A stretch of DNA of 64,000 nucleotides, from positions 606-64,605 of the forward strand of contig JBELHI010000002.1 in assembly GCA_042091475.1 (NCBI GenBank), written 5' to 3'. This document shows, one piece after another, positions 11,263-22,917 of the stretch (position 1 is its first letter; every line of letters starts with the position of its first letter). Both the position numbers and the translations under genes were made by a program. The stretch is from Alteromonadaceae bacterium (GTDB lineage: Bacteria > Pseudomonadota > Gammaproteobacteria > Enterobacterales > Alteromonadaceae). The notes under the pieces were generated by a model, which saw nothing but the letters and a program-made list of their open reading frames with translations, was not told the origin of the DNA and made no database searches.

Positions 11263-12807
11263 CTACTCTGACGGGGCTTCAGGCTTCATATGCGGGAATA
11301 AAATAACATCTTTGATGGTTGGGCTATCACTGAACAGCATAATCAAACGATCAATGCCAATACCTTCACCCGCTGTTGGTGGCATACCGTGCTCCAATGC
11401 GCGAATGTAATCAGCATCAAAATGCATGGCTTCATCATCACCTGCATCTTTTTCAATGACTTGCTTCTCAAAGCGAGCGGCTTGATCTTCCGCGTCATTT
11501 AACTCCGAGAAACCATTGGCAAGCTCACGGCCACCAACAAAGAACTCAAAACGGTCAGTAATGAATGCGTTTTCATCGTTACGTCTTGCCAGTGGCGAGA
11601 CTTCCCACGGGTATTCGGTGATAAACGTCGGTTGGTCCAACTGTTCTTCTGCGGTGGCTTCAAAAATTTCGCAAATATACTTACCAGGTCCCCATATACC
11701 GTCTACCTCGGGCTCCTTGATGTGTAATGCTTTGGCCATTGCTTTCAGACGGTCAAGGTTATTTTCTGGGTCCTGCAACGCCGCGGCATCTGCCTCTGGG
11801 TAATACTTTAAAATTGCGTCAGTCATAGACAAGCGCGTAAACGGCTGGTCAAAATCATAATGACTTTCACTAATGACGTTTCCTTCAGTATCTTTGACCG
11901 TGTTTACAATCACAGAGTTACCTGTCACTTCTAGGGCTAGCCAGCGCAACATTTCCTCTGTCAAATTCATCATATCACGGTAATCTGCGTAAGCCTGATA
12001 GAACTCAATCATCGTGAATTCAGGATTATGCCGTGTCGACAAGCCTTCATTACGGAAATTGCGATTAATTTCAAAGACCCTTTCAAAGCCACCAACCACT
12101 AGACGTTTCAGATATAGCTCAGGCGCTATCCGCAGGTACATATCAATGTCTAGGGCATTGTGGTGCGTTACAAACGGCTTAGCCGTCGCGCCACCCGGTA
12201 TGACCTGTAACATTGGCGTTTCAACTTCCATAAAGTTACGCTCAGTCAGAAATTTGCGTATGCCTGTAACAATTTTACTGCGCATAATGAAGGTATTACG
12301 AGAATCTTCATTGGTAATCAAATCCACGTAACGCTGACGGTATTTGGTTTCTTGGTCAGCTAAACCGTGAAACTTCTCAGGCAACGGACGCAACGCTTTC
12401 GTCAGTAATTGATAGCTTTCCATGTTGACATACAAGTCTCCCTTACCTGACTTGTGTAAAGCCCCAGATACGCCAACAATGTCACCAATATCTAAACTAC
12501 CGTATTGCGCCTTGAGGGCTTTTTGAGTGTCTTTATCAGCGTACGCTTGGACACGACCAGACATATCTTGTAATACTAAAAACGGGCCTCGTTTAGCCAT
12601 AATACGGCCAGCTACGCTGACCTGATGCGCCAGTGTCTGCAATGCCTCTTTATCATGTTCGCCAAACTCGCTCTGTAAATCAGCATTTAACTGTTTACGC
12701 TCAAATTGATTAGGGTGACCGTTGGCGCTGCAATTCTCACGGATTGCTTCTAACTTCGCTCTTCGCTCAGCAATCAATTTATTTTCGTCTTGTTGTTTAT
12801 CTGTCAT
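11263..12807 (-). CDS. lysS: lysine--tRNA ligase
   Basis: 514 aa class II aaRS. Immediately downstream of prfB, as in E. coli. Confidence 0.95.
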   Translation of the reverse strand: MTDKQQDENKLIAERRAKLEAIRENCSANGHPNQFERKQLNADLQSEFGEHDKEALQTLAHQVSVAGRIMAKRGPFLVLQDMSGRVQAYADKDTQKALKAQYGSLDIGDIVGVSGALHKSGKGDLYVNMESYQLLTKALRPLPEKFHGLADQETKYRQRYVDLITNEDSRNTFIMRSKIVTGIRKFLTERNFMEVETPMLQVIPGGATAKPFVTHHNALDIDMYLRIAPELYLKRLVVGGFERVFEINRNFRNEGLSTRHNPEFTMIEFYQAYADYRDMMNLTEEMLRWLALEVTGNSVIVNTVKDTEGNVISESHYDFDQPFTRLSMTDAILKYYPEADAAALQDPENNLDRLKAMAKALHIKEPEVDGIWGPGKYICEIFEATAEEQLDQPTFITEYPWEVSPLARRNDENAFITDRFEFFVGGRELANGFSELNDAEDQAARFEKQVIEKDAGDDEAMHFDADYIRALEHGMPPTAGEGIGIDRLIMLFSDSPTIKDVILFPHMKPEAPSE

Positions 12808-12818
12808 GGTCTTTCCTG

Positions 12819-13917
12819 TTATAAACCTGATTTTAAGCTTGCCTCGATGAATTTATCTAGACTGCCATCTAATACCGCTTGGGTGTTACGCGTTTCAACG
12901 CCGGTTCTCAAATCTTTGATTCTTGAGTCATCAAGCACATATGAACGAATTTGACTTCCCCAGCCAATATCAGATTTGGTATCTTCCATTGCCTGTTTTT
13001 CTGCATTCTGTTTACTGATTTCCAATTCAAACAGTTTTGCTTTTAACTGCTTCATCGCCTGATCTTTATTCTTATGCTGCGAGCGATCGTTTTGACACTG
13101 CACCACAACATTCGTGGGTAAATGGGTAATACGCACAGCCGAGTCTGTTCTGTTAACATGTTGACCACCAGCGCCGGATGCACGGTAGGTGTCTATTCTT
13201 AAATCAGACGGATTAATATCAATTTCAATATCGTCATCAATTTCAGGATAAATAAACGCAGAGGCAAACGACGTGTGTCGACGGCTCCCAGAGTCGAATG
13301 GTGATTTTCTTACTAAGCGGTGAACGCCCGTCTCGGTGCGTAACCAGCCAAACGCATATTCACCAGAAAAACGAATGGTGGCGCTTTTAATACCCGCAAC
13401 GTCACCGTCAGACACTTCGATTAGTTCGGTCTTAAAGCCATGATCTTCGCCCCAACGCAAATACATTCGCAATAACATACTTGCCCAGTCTTGAGCTTCC
13501 GTACCACCAGAGCCTGATTGGATATCCAAATAACAGTCATTGGCATCCTGCTGACCAGAAAACATACGCCTAAATTCCAACTCTTCTAGCTGTTGCAACA
13601 AACCTTGTAATTCTGCTTCTGCTTCTTCAAATGTCTCTGTATCTTCAGCTTCAACCGCCAGTTCAATCAAACCTTCCACGTCTTCAACGCCAACATCTAA
13701 TTTTTTAACCGTGTCAACAACCCGTTCAAGGCTTACTTTTTCCTTGCCTAACAGTTGTGCTCTATCAGGTTCATTCCATACGTCTGGACTTTCTAATTCC
13801 CGATTGACTTCTTCTAAACGCTCTGACTTTTGATCGTAGTCAAAGGTACCCCCGAAGCATCAGTGTTCGTTCACGAATATCTGCTAATGCAGTATTAATA
13901 GGGTTTAATTCAAACAT
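12819..13917 (-). CDS. prfB: peptide chain release factor 2, made via programmed +1 frameshift
   Basis: Frame 0 from the ATG at 13917 reads [25 protein letters not shown] and then hits TGA. Shifting +1 at CTT TGA C continues as [12 protein letters not shown]... into the 12819-13679 ORF, which contains SPF and GGQHVNRT (GGQ motif). Confidence 0.95.
13839..13854 (-). other. prfB +1 frameshift site (SD-like GGGGG, then TAC CTT TGA C)
   Basis: The minus strand reads CGGGGGTACCTTTGAC. E. coli has AGGGGGTATCTTTGAC. The in-frame TGA is at 13842-13840. Confidence 0.9.
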
Positions 13918-14153
13918 AATTCTCACGCTGCTTTGCTATTGGTTTTAATAGACAAAATTAAAAGGTCTACTTAAGTTTTGATGCGCTAAATTCTATACGA
14001 AAAGCGGTAATGTTGCATTACAAAAATTCCGCTTTGTTATGCTTGCTCAAGCCATAAAAATAAGTAGAGGAAACGCAGACAAAAAGGAATCAACACAACG
14101 GCTACACTGATAGCCAATTGTGCTGGTCAATAAGATGCTTTATATGTTACTGG

Positions 14154-15008
14154 CTATTGATTAGCATTAGTAACCGGTGGATTACTGGTAGATTGATTTT
14201 TGCGCCAATCGTTAAGTTCGGTTAGTTGCTTTTGCAAGCGTTGATTCACCCCTTGCATATCCCGGATTTGTTGGGTGAGCGCTGAAATGGACGTGTCACG
14301 CTTCAAATTATCACTTTTTGCCATGACATTGCTTTCTTCCATTTGTTGAACAGTGTCTTCAATAGCAATCATCATATCGCTCGTGGCAGTTATCCGCTCT
14401 GCACTTTGCGCTAAGGCCGTTTCTACGGTGACTATTTTGTCTGCGTTACCATCAACCTTGTGAGAAACTTTCCACAAATTCTTTTTAGTTGTGTCATTTG
14501 CTTTGCTATTGCTCGACGCTTGCTTTGAATTTGCCGCCGTTTTATTTTCAACAGTTTTAATTTGCGCCTGATTTTTACGCCATGCTGAGGCCCAAAGCTT
14601 ATCCATTTCGTCCCACAAGGTTTGGGTTTTGTTGTTCAGCTGAACTAACTGGGTTTGTAAACTTCCAGAAGATTCGCCCAATTCTTCACCGGTTAGGGAA
14701 AGTTGTCTCTCCAATTCGTCAATACGCAACGTGGCCGATTTTAACGAGGCCGTCCTCATTGAGAGTTGCTCATGTAAAAACCAGCTACCACCATACCCAC
14801 TCAAGGCTACCAATAAGGCAAACCAAGCAATACCGCGACCGCCTGCTGAAGAGGAGGCTTTTGAGTTATTAGTCTGTGTATTTGTTGTCTTCTGAGACTG
14901 ACCACCCGTGGTTGGCGTTGATTGGCGTTGCCGAGCAAACGCTTCTCTATCTTCCCTGTCTACAAATAAGGGAGGAAGGGATTCTTGGGTGGATTTTTTA
15001 GAGACCAT
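14154..15008 (-). CDS. hypothetical membrane-anchored coiled-coil protein
   Basis: ATG at 15008 (MVSKKSTQ...). One TM helix (IAWFALLVALSGYGGSWFL) is followed by a long heptad-like Q/L/E-rich region. No family recognised. Confidence 0.5.
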   Translation of the reverse strand: MVSKKSTQESLPPLFVDREDREAFARQRQSTPTTGGQSQKTTNTQTNNSKASSSAGGRGIAWFALLVALSGYGGSWFLHEQLSMRTASLKSATLRIDELERQLSLTGEELGESSGSLQTQLVQLNNKTQTLWDEMDKLWASAWRKNQAQIKTVENKTAANSKQASSNSKANDTTKKNLWKVSHKVDGNADKIVTVETALAQSAERITATSDMMIAIEDTVQQMEESNVMAKSDNLKRDTSISALTQQIRDMQGVNQRLQKQLTELNDWRKNQSTSNPPVTNANQ

Positions 15009-15175
15009 AATTACATTCCAATACAAAGTGGCAGTAATGATGACAAAAAATGCATTAAATAACTAGGGGTAAGTAAGTTAAAACGTTAGACCATCTCAAA
15101 AATTTCTTCTGAATGTCTTTTGAATGTCTTATGAATGTCATAATTTCTCGATATCCTCGCGCGAAATATTTCGGG

Positions 15176-17056
15176 ATGAAAATAATGAAATTCACTGTTG
15201 TTAACAAATTAATCCTCGCCACTGCTACCTGTATCGTTATTGTTGTTATGTTATTAATGATGTTTAACGTTACCAACAGTATTTCATCAAAGCAGCAAAG
15301 TCTGTTGTTAAAATTAAATAAAAGCATGGTGTTATTAGAGTCCGCTCACGTCGCAGCAAATCAATTTTTAAAAAGTCCCGCAGATGGCCATTCAAAAACA
15401 TTTCGTGATGACGTCAATCAGATCCTTGACTTCATCTCCGGTAGCAGAGAAGAATTACGTAATAATGGTGTTAGCCGCCAACAGCTAGCCACCATGAAAC
15501 AAGCAGTAGATCGCTACAAAGATACATTCGATGCATTGGTACAACAACAACGTCTCGTGGGATATCATGCGAAAGACGGCGCTTACGGCATGCTGCGTTC
15601 GTCAGTGCACAAAGTAGAGAAAAGGCTTGGCAGTGAACACAAAGACTTATTAATTACAATGCTGCAACTGCGACGAGCAGAAAAAGACTTCATGTTGCGC
15701 AGAGACGCTAAATATATTACAAAATTTAATCAACTGATTTTAAGTTTCCGCAATCAATTAATCCAATACCCAGAGCTCAATGCTGAAATAACACCGTTAG
15801 TGAGTGCTTATCAGCAAGACTTTTTAAACCTGTTTGACGCCGAAACAGGCATTGGTCTTGCCAATACCGACGGTTTACGTGGTGATCTTGCTATGGCCAG
15901 CGAAGATGTAAATAAGCAGTTTATAGGGTTAGAAAATAATATTACTACTAACAGCTCGATATTCATCAGCACCGTCAATCGCTGGCAACAAATTTTGAGT
16001 GCTGTTGCTTTGGGACTCCTCGTTTTTGGCTCTTACAGAACCGTTAAAACCATTAAACGTCGTGTCGGGAGATTGCTTAGACATATCGAGACAATGACGG
16101 TTCATCATGATTTAAGCAACAGAATAGAAACCTCTGGTAATGATGAATTCAAACAGATATCAGATGCGATTAATGTATTTAGTGATAATTTGAATATCAT
16201 ATTCAAACGCGTAGAGGGTTCATTATCGGTCATCGACAATGCAACAACCACCATAAATACCAATGCAACCATCACCAACGACGGCGCACAATTGCAAATG
16301 CAGGAAACAGAAAGTATTGCATCCGCCGTAACAGAAATGTCAACCACAATAGCTGACCTTTCGCAACTATCGGAAAGCACAGCGGCCGATGCCAGTAACG
16401 TATTGCAGCTGACAGAGCAAGGCTTGGGGCAACTAAATCACGTCAATACAACGGTTTCTAGTTTGTCATCAACCTTGGGCAAGGCAGAGCAAGATGCCTC
16501 TTCATTGGTTATGAAATCTGAGGAAATTACGGATATTATATCGGTGATCGCGAGTGTAGCAGACCAAACCAATCTATTGGCCCTCAATGCCGCGATTGAA
16601 GCCGCAAGAGCCGGTGAACAAGGACGAGGATTTGCGGTTGTTGCTGATGAAGTAAGGATTCTTGCCGGCCGTACACAAGAGCTTGCCAGTAACATTAATA
16701 ACGTGATCGTCAGCTTACAAGCTGAGATAGCTGAGGTAGTAAACTCTATTCAAGTGTCGAGTAAAAATGGTAGCCATGTAAATGACAGTGCGGTGAATAT
16801 TTCACAAAGTCTGCAGCATATATTCAGCCATATTAACGATGTCACCGAAAAAAATGTATCTGTCGCAACGGGAATTGAACAGCAAAGTATCGTTGCAGAG
16901 GACGTGGCAAGAAACATTGTTGGAATTTCTGATGTGGCAAAGCAGGCGTTTGAGTTCACTGGCATTAATAAAAACGAATCTAAGAAACTCATTGAGCAGG
17001 GCGAGACCTTGGGTGCTTCTATACAGAGCTTTAAATTAAGTGAGATGACAAGCTAG
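15176..17056 (+). CDS. methyl-accepting chemotaxis protein (helical periplasmic sensor)
   Basis: [35 protein letters not shown]. Has an N-terminal TM, a helical domain of about 270 aa, a second TM and a HAMP-like segment. The start could be 15176 or 15185. Confidence 0.9.
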   Translation: MKIMKFTVVNKLILATATCIVIVVMLLMMFNVTNSISSKQQSLLLKLNKSMVLLESAHVAANQFLKSPADGHSKTFRDDVNQILDFISGSREELRNNGVSRQQLATMKQAVDRYKDTFDALVQQQRLVGYHAKDGAYGMLRSSVHKVEKRLGSEHKDLLITMLQLRRAEKDFMLRRDAKYITKFNQLILSFRNQLIQYPELNAEITPLVSAYQQDFLNLFDAETGIGLANTDGLRGDLAMASEDVNKQFIGLENNITTNSSIFISTVNRWQQILSAVALGLLVFGSYRTVKTIKRRVGRLLRHIETMTVHHDLSNRIETSGNDEFKQISDAINVFSDNLNIIFKRVEGSLSVIDNATTTINTNATITNDGAQLQMQETESIASAVTEMSTTIADLSQLSESTAADASNVLQLTEQGLGQLNHVNTTVSSLSSTLGKAEQDASSLVMKSEEITDIISVIASVADQTNLLALNAAIEAARAGEQGRGFAVVADEVRILAGRTQELASNINNVIVSLQAEIAEVVNSIQVSSKNGSHVNDSAVNISQSLQHIFSHINDVTEKNVSVATGIEQQSIVAEDVARNIVGISDVAKQAFEFTGINKNESKKLIEQGETLGASIQSFKLSEMTS

Positions 17057-17200
17057 GTTTAGTTCAATACTGTCTGATAAGTTAATGATAAGTGCGAAGC
17101 GATAGTGTTTGCTTACTTGTGCTGCAACCACTTCGTTATAGAATTACCTCATAAACAAAAAATAGCTCTCTAATTCACACTGATATAAACAGTGTTTCAT

Positions 17201-17233
17201 AAAAAAGGGCAACGCACGGCGTTGCCCTTTTTT
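17201..17233. terminator. bidirectional rho-independent terminator (MCP / fba)
   Basis: AAAAAAGGGCAACG-cacgg-CGTTGCCCTTTTTT lies between two convergent genes. Confidence 0.75.
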
Positions 17234-17248
17234 ATGTTAATGTAGTAA

Positions 17249-18145
17249 CTATTTAGAAGCCTGATAAATAGACTCAATCGCTGCATCTAATGTTTGCGTA
17301 TACTCTTGTTCAGACTGCTGCGCTGATACACCCTCTGTCAATGCACGAGAAAAGCTAGCAATCATGCCATCGTTAGCTGATAACATTTTGTTCGCCACGT
17401 CTCTTACGTATCCACCTGATAACGCCACGACTTTCAAAACACTTGGATGCTCAACAAGCTCTTTATAGAAGTTATCTGTTGACGGTATCGTCAGTTTCAA
17501 CATCACTTTCACGCCGTCTTCAAGGGCGGCTAATTCAGTGACGATTGCGGCTTTCAACAGGCCTTCCGCATCGGCTTTTTCTGGGCTGTTAATATCAACT
17601 TCAGGCTCAATGATAGGCATGAGTCCTGCTGCAAGTATTTGCTTTGCAACCTCAAACTGTTGCGCCACAACGGCATCAATGCCTGCTTTATTGCCTAACT
17701 TAACTACCGAGCGCATTTTAGTTCCAAACACGTTTTGTTGGTTAGCTTTCGCCAATAACTCATCCAGTCCAGGCATAGGCTTCATCAGTTGTACACCGTT
17801 AGCCTCTTCTGCAAGACCTTTATCCACCTTAAGGAATGGCACAACACGCTTTTTTCCCCATAGATACTGTGCAGATGGAATACCGTCAATATCTCTTTCT
17901 AAGGTATTTTCAAACAAGATAGCGCCTAAAACACGGTCACCATTAAACACGTCATTAGTGATGATACGTGTACGCATGGCATGAACGGCAGCAAACATTT
18001 CTTCGTCATTGCTATAAGCGGATTCATCAACACCGTAAAGCTTGAGGGCTTTTGGCGTACTACCACCACTCTGATCTAACGCAGCAATGAAGCCTGATTG
18101 TGTTTCAACTTGTTCTAACATGGCTATTTGAGCATCTGATGCCAT
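17249..18145 (-). CDS. fba: fructose-bisphosphate aldolase, class I (Fda type, about 296 aa)
   Basis: Near-collinear with Staphylococcus-type class I aldolase (GFIAALDQSGGSTPKALK.YGV, VVPFLKVDKGLAEE.NGVQLMKP, IIEPEV, MLKLTIP, IASFSRAL). Confidence 0.9.
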   Translation of the reverse strand: MASDAQIAMLEQVETQSGFIAALDQSGGSTPKALKLYGVDESAYSNDEEMFAAVHAMRTRIITNDVFNGDRVLGAILFENTLERDIDGIPSAQYLWGKKRVVPFLKVDKGLAEEANGVQLMKPMPGLDELLAKANQQNVFGTKMRSVVKLGNKAGIDAVVAQQFEVAKQILAAGLMPIIEPEVDINSPEKADAEGLLKAAIVTELAALEDGVKVMLKLTIPSTDNFYKELVEHPSVLKVVALSGGYVRDVANKMLSANDGMIASFSRALTEGVSAQQSEQEYTQTLDAAIESIYQASK

Positions 18146-18413
18146 CGCTTATTCTCCTTTAAATGTCATTCAATACGATTTGAGTTACGTCTATACGCGG
18201 TGGCGCATACACGTTAATAAGGGGGTTATTGCCAACTGTCTGCAAGGTTTTTGACCTTAAAGGGCAATCTATTGTACACCAATGGGTGAGAAAACTGCAA
18301 GATTGGTCAACAATCTGCAATCACGGCACAGTAACGCCAGCTTGCAATTCTCAGTAGGTTAAATGAGTACCACTCCCTTGGTACCCCAAGGCTACACCAT
18401 TTAAGTTAAACCT

Positions 18414-19592
18414 TTATGACTCAGCGCGTTGTTCTAGCATCGCTACCGCTGGCAATACTTTGCCCTCAAGAAATTCTAGAAATGCGCCACCACCGGTTGA
18501 TATATAAGACACCTGGTCAGCAATACCGTATTTGTCTACCGCCGCTAACGTATCACCACCACCAGCAATTGAAAACGCATTACTCTGTGCAATGGCTTTT
18601 GCTAACACTTCAGTACCACGGCTAAACTGATCAAATTCAAACACGCCCACGGGGCCGTTCCAAACGATAGTTCCGGCCTTGGCTATCAACTCTGCTAACA
18701 CCGCTGCAGTGTCTTGGCCAATGTCAAAAATCATATCATCATCTGTGACCTCTGCCACTGATTTAGTCTCAGCTGGGGTGGTTTCGGAAAAAGCTTTACC
18801 AACCACAACATCTGTCGGTACTGGGATATCACCGTTATTTGCTTTGGCAACGGTTGCCAGTCGATTGGCTTCGGCGATAAGATCGCTTTCATATAAAGAC
18901 TTACCAACATTATGTCCTTGCGCAGCAATGAACGTATTAGCAATACCACCGCCCACGATCAATTGGTCAACCTTTGAAGACAAGCTATCCAGCACGGTGA
19001 GTTTGGTTGAGACTTTAGAGCCACCAACAATCGCCAGCATTGGACGTTTGGGGGCTTCTAACGCACGAGCTAGAGCCTCTAGCTCACCAGACAGCAATGG
19101 TCCTGCACACGCAATTGGAGCATGCAAACCTACGCCATGGGTTGATGCTTGGGCTCTGTGTGCGGTACCAAATGCATCCATCACAAAAACATCACATAAG
19201 GCGGCATACTGCTTAGCTAATGTTTCATCATCCGCCTTCTCACCGCGATTAAAGCGAACATTCTCCAATATCACCACTTCACCCGTTGCTACTTCAACGC
19301 CTGACAAATAATCCGTCTCCAAGCGCACGGGGCACGACAATTTAGTGGCTAAATAGTCAACCACTGGCTGTAATGAGAAACTGTCATCATACTCACCCTC
19401 AGTTGGGCGACCTAGATGTGACATCACCATCACACTGGCGCCGCTATCAAGGGCGGCTTGTATTGTTGGCAGTGAAGCTCGGATACGTGCATCAGAAACT
19501 ACTTTGCCCTGTTTTACCGGGACGTTTAAATCTTGACGGATAAGCACTCTTTTTCCAGCCAAATCCAGTTCATTCATTTTTACTACAGACAT
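18414..19592 (-). CDS. pgk: phosphoglycerate kinase
   Basis: From the ATG at 19592 the protein starts [26 protein letters not shown].... The ORF-track start at 19685 is an upstream extension that would overlap epd. Confidence 0.95.
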   Translation of the reverse strand: MSVVKMNELDLAGKRVLIRQDLNVPVKQGKVVSDARIRASLPTIQAALDSGASVMVMSHLGRPTEGEYDDSFSLQPVVDYLATKLSCPVRLETDYLSGVEVATGEVVILENVRFNRGEKADDETLAKQYAALCDVFVMDAFGTAHRAQASTHGVGLHAPIACAGPLLSGELEALARALEAPKRPMLAIVGGSKVSTKLTVLDSLSSKVDQLIVGGGIANTFIAAQGHNVGKSLYESDLIAEANRLATVAKANNGDIPVPTDVVVGKAFSETTPAETKSVAEVTDDDMIFDIGQDTAAVLAELIAKAGTIVWNGPVGVFEFDQFSRGTEVLAKAIAQSNAFSIAGGGDTLAAVDKYGIADQVSYISTGGGAFLEFLEGKVLPAVAMLEQRAES

Positions 19593-19611
19593 ACTGATTC
19601 CAATATTGTTA

Positions 19612-20634
19612 TTAAATTTGTGATTGGGAGAGTTGTCCCATGACCCATGCAGTGTCGAGCATACGATGAGCAAATCCCCACTCATTATCGCACCACACGA
19701 GGGTTTTAATTAATTGCTTGTGACTGACACGGGTTTGCGTACCGTCAACAATAGATGAATGTGGATCATGGTTGAAATCCACAGATACCAAAGGTTCTTC
19801 GGTGTAATCTAAAATACCCTGTAATTTGCCCACAGTAGCATTCTTGAAGACTCGATTCACGTCTTCAATATCGACGGTTTGCTTCACCGTTACACTCAGA
19901 TCCATCGCCGTCACATTGATTGTTGGTACACGCACCGCAATGGCTTCAAATCGTCCCGAGAACTTGGGTAATATGCGTTCAATACCTAACGACAGCTTTG
20001 TATCCACAGGAATTATGGACTGGCTTGCAGCTCGCGTGCGACGCAAATCAGGATGGTAAGCGTCAATGACCTGTTGGTCATGCATAGAGGCGTGAATGGT
20101 GGTGATAGTACCACTTTCTACTTCAAACGCATGATCGAGGGCGTTGATCACCGGCACAATACAGTTAGTGGTACAAGAGCCGTTGGACACTATGGTATCG
20201 CTTGCTTTTAACTGCTCATGATTAACACCATAGATTACCGTTGCGTCAACATCCGCTTGGCATGGTTGCGAGAACAACACCTTGCTAGCGCCTTGTTGAA
20301 TGTGTTGCAAGCCAGCGTCTCTATTACCGTAAACGCCAGTACATTCTAACACAATATCAACATCCAAGGCGTCCCATGGCAAGTCATGAATACTCTCAGA
20401 GTGTAGTAGCTGAATGCGGTCGCCTGCCACCACTAGACTATGTCCGCACAAGTGTGCATCAAAGCCAAAACGGCCGTGGGCTGTGTCATATTTTAATAAA
20501 TGCAATATCCCTGCAGGCGATGCAAGTTCATTAATGGCCACCACTTTTATCTGGTCATTTCGACCCGTTTCATACAAAGCGCGTAACACATTACGACCAA
20601 TACGGCCGAATCCATTAATTGCAATTTTTAACAT
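19612..20634 (-). CDS. epd: erythrose-4-phosphate dehydrogenase
   Basis: Aligns with E. coli Epd, including [34 protein letters not shown] and [11 protein letters not shown]. Sits between tkt and pgk. Confidence 0.88.
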   Translation of the reverse strand: MLKIAINGFGRIGRNVLRALYETGRNDQIKVVAINELASPAGILHLLKYDTAHGRFGFDAHLCGHSLVVAGDRIQLLHSESIHDLPWDALDVDIVLECTGVYGNRDAGLQHIQQGASKVLFSQPCQADVDATVIYGVNHEQLKASDTIVSNGSCTTNCIVPVINALDHAFEVESGTITTIHASMHDQQVIDAYHPDLRRTRAASQSIIPVDTKLSLGIERILPKFSGRFEAIAVRVPTINVTAMDLSVTVKQTVDIEDVNRVFKNATVGKLQGILDYTEEPLVSVDFNHDPHSSIVDGTQTRVSHKQLIKTLVWCDNEWGFAHRMLDTAWVMGQLSQSQI

Positions 20635-20656
20635 ATCAACAACCCATCTATTGAGT

Positions 20657-22657
20657 TTACTTAGCCATCACCTGTTGGGCGGCATCAACCACGGCTTCCG
20701 TGGTGATGTTAAACAATTCAAACAACTGCCCTGCAGGCGCAGATTCACCAAAAGTATCCATACCCACAATAGCGCCGTTTAGACCAACATATTTATACCA
20801 AAAGTCTTTGATACCTGCCTCTACAGCGACTCGATTTTGGCAGTTAGACGGCAATACAGATTCACGGTAAGCGCTATCTTGCTGCTCAAATACGTCTGTC
20901 GATGGCATGGATACCACGCGACATGAAATCCCTTGTTCTGTCAGCGTCTGCCATGCTTCAACCGCCAATTGCACTTCAGAACCCGTGGCAATCAAAATCA
21001 ACTCCACGGCCTTGTCACTATCTTTGAGTACATAACCACCGCGAGCAACATCGGCAACTTGTGATTCAGTGCGTTGTTGTTGAACAAGTCCTTGACGGGT
21101 AAATACTAATGACGTGGGACTATCCACTGATTCAATAGCCGCCTTCCAAGCCACCGCCGATTCTACTTGGTCACAAGGACGCCAGTTTGCAAGGTTGGGC
21201 GTCATGCGCATTGACGCAAGTTGCTCCACGGGCTGGTGAGTAGGACCGTCTTCACCTAAGCCAATAGAGTCATGAGTATAGACAAAGATACAAGGTAATT
21301 TCATCAATGCAGCCATTCTCACTGCGTTACGAGCATACTCTACAAACATCAAGAAGGTTGCACCGTAAGGCTTAAAGCCGCCGTGTAACGTGATACCGTT
21401 CATGATTGCAGACATACCAAATTCGCGAACACCGTAATACAAGTAATTACCTGATGCGTCATTCGCTTCAATGCCTTTACAGCCATCCCAAATAGTTAGA
21501 TTGGAACCGGCCAAATCTGCTGACCCGCCTAAAAACTCTGGTAATATCGGACCAAACGCGTTCAATGCGTTTTGCGACGCTTTGCGCGTAGCGATAGTGG
21601 CGGGGTTGTCTTGTAACTGTTGAATATAATCCGACGCATGTTGTGACCAAGTAGCAGGTAGTTCGCCAGCCATTCTGCGTCTGAATTCAGCTGCAGGCTC
21701 TGGGTATGCTGCTGCATACTGGTCAAAGCGCTGTTGCCATTGGGCTTGGGCATCACTGCCTTTTGCTCTTGCATCCCAAACTGCACTAATCTCTTCGGGA
21801 ATTTCAAACGCTGGATGGTTCCAACCTAATGCCTCACGAGCCAGGGCGATTTCGGCTTCACCCAATGGTGCACCGTGGCAATCTTCTTTACCTTGCTTGT
21901 TAGGTGAACCAAAGCCAATGATTGTGCGGCAGCAAAGTAAACTTGGTTTACCCGTCTCAGCTCTCGCTTGCTCTATTGCTTGAGTAATTTGTTCTGCATC
22001 ATGACCATCAATATCTCTGATGACATGCCAACCGTAAGATTCAAATCGCGCCGCGGTGTCGTCAGTAAACCAACCTTCCACTTCACCGTCAATGGAGATA
22101 CCGTTATCATCCCAAAAACCAATTAATTTACCCAAGCCAAGGGTCCCCGCCAATGAACAGGCTTCGTGAGAAATACCTTCCATCAAACAGCCATCACCCA
22201 TAAAGGCATAGGTAAAATGATCAACAATATCGTGCCCTGGCTGATTGAACTGCGCTGCTAATGTTTTCTCAGCAATGGCCATGCCGACAGCATTCGTTAT
22301 GCCCTGTCCCAAAGGCCCAGTGGTCGTTTCAACGCCCGGCGCATAGCCATATTCTGGATGGCCTGGTGTTTTTGAATGTAATTGACGAAAGTTTTTAAGC
22401 TCTTCAATGGACAACTCGTAGCCACTTAAATGCAACAAAGAGTATATCAACATGGAGCCGTGGCCGTTAGATAGCACAAAGCGATCGCGGTTAAACCACT
22501 CTGGATCAGTTGGGTTATGACTAAGAAAATCTGCCCACAATACTTGTGCAATGTCAGCCATTCCCATAGGTGCACCTGGATGACCTGATTTTGCTTGCTG
22601 AACGGCGTCCATGCTAAGTGCGCGGATCGCGTTGGCCAATTCTCTGCGTGATGCCAT
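20657..22657 (-). CDS. tktA: transketolase
   Basis: 666 aa. The N-terminus [28 protein letters not shown] matches E. coli TktA. Confidence 0.96.
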   Translation of the reverse strand: MASRRELANAIRALSMDAVQQAKSGHPGAPMGMADIAQVLWADFLSHNPTDPEWFNRDRFVLSNGHGSMLIYSLLHLSGYELSIEELKNFRQLHSKTPGHPEYGYAPGVETTTGPLGQGITNAVGMAIAEKTLAAQFNQPGHDIVDHFTYAFMGDGCLMEGISHEACSLAGTLGLGKLIGFWDDNGISIDGEVEGWFTDDTAARFESYGWHVIRDIDGHDAEQITQAIEQARAETGKPSLLCCRTIIGFGSPNKQGKEDCHGAPLGEAEIALAREALGWNHPAFEIPEEISAVWDARAKGSDAQAQWQQRFDQYAAAYPEPAAEFRRRMAGELPATWSQHASDYIQQLQDNPATIATRKASQNALNAFGPILPEFLGGSADLAGSNLTIWDGCKGIEANDASGNYLYYGVREFGMSAIMNGITLHGGFKPYGATFLMFVEYARNAVRMAALMKLPCIFVYTHDSIGLGEDGPTHQPVEQLASMRMTPNLANWRPCDQVESAVAWKAAIESVDSPTSLVFTRQGLVQQQRTESQVADVARGGYVLKDSDKAVELILIATGSEVQLAVEAWQTLTEQGISCRVVSMPSTDVFEQQDSAYRESVLPSNCQNRVAVEAGIKDFWYKYVGLNGAIVGMDTFGESAPAGQLFELFNITTEAVVDAAQQVMAK

Positions 22658-22805
22658 AAAAACTCCTGAAATGCTTTGCTATTTGTAAAAATATTGATCC
22701 GATACTAACACGAAGCGTTATTGAAACACAGACACCTTTTATGCCTCTATTTAACTTTTTAGCTATTACAAATATGAACATGTTAGTTCAGCAAAGTTTA
22801 CAATT

Positions 22806-22829
22806 AGACAGATAGACGTCTAGATGTAA
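22806..22829. promoter_or_regulatory. three tandem MetJ boxes in the tkt/metK divergent region
   Basis: AGACAGAT AGACGTCT AGATGTAA are contiguous 8-mers. The middle one matches the AGACGTCT consensus 8/8 and each flank matches 5/8. They lie 90-110 bp upstream of the metK ATG. Confidence 0.55.
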
Positions 22830-22917
22830 AAGTGGCAATCTTTAAAAATTCCAGTACAATACCTGCTAACTTGAAAAGTAACGGTCAAATGTACGTTTAC
22901 AGTCATAGGAAATACCA

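Noticed and set aside
15055-15327. 90-aa minus-strand ORF overlapping the start of the MCP gene.
   Set aside because: The sequence is a low-complexity Ile/Asn/Leu-rich translation of AT-rich DNA. It overlaps the MCP N-terminus and shows no motifs.
18679-19311. 210-aa plus-strand ORF antisense to pgk. Similar long antisense ORFs occur at 17538-17984 (in fba), 44591-45331 (in oadB), 61437-61787 (in dnaX) and 12014-12331 (in lysS).
   Set aside because: Each lies entirely inside a well-supported conserved gene on the other strand. Their compositions are Ala/Ser/Cys/Pro-rich, as is typical of shadow frames, and they have no SD or recognisable motifs.
19593-19685. ORF-track N-terminal extension of pgk that overlaps the epd 3-prime end. 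Similar TTG/GTG-initiated extensions occur at 1396, 4109, 6022, 9392, 11134, 15026, 25060, 31426, 50736, 51641 and 63733.
   Set aside because: In each case an internal ATG (or a homologue-aligned GTG) with a proper SD gives an N-terminus that matches the known protein family. The extensions are just the longest open frame.
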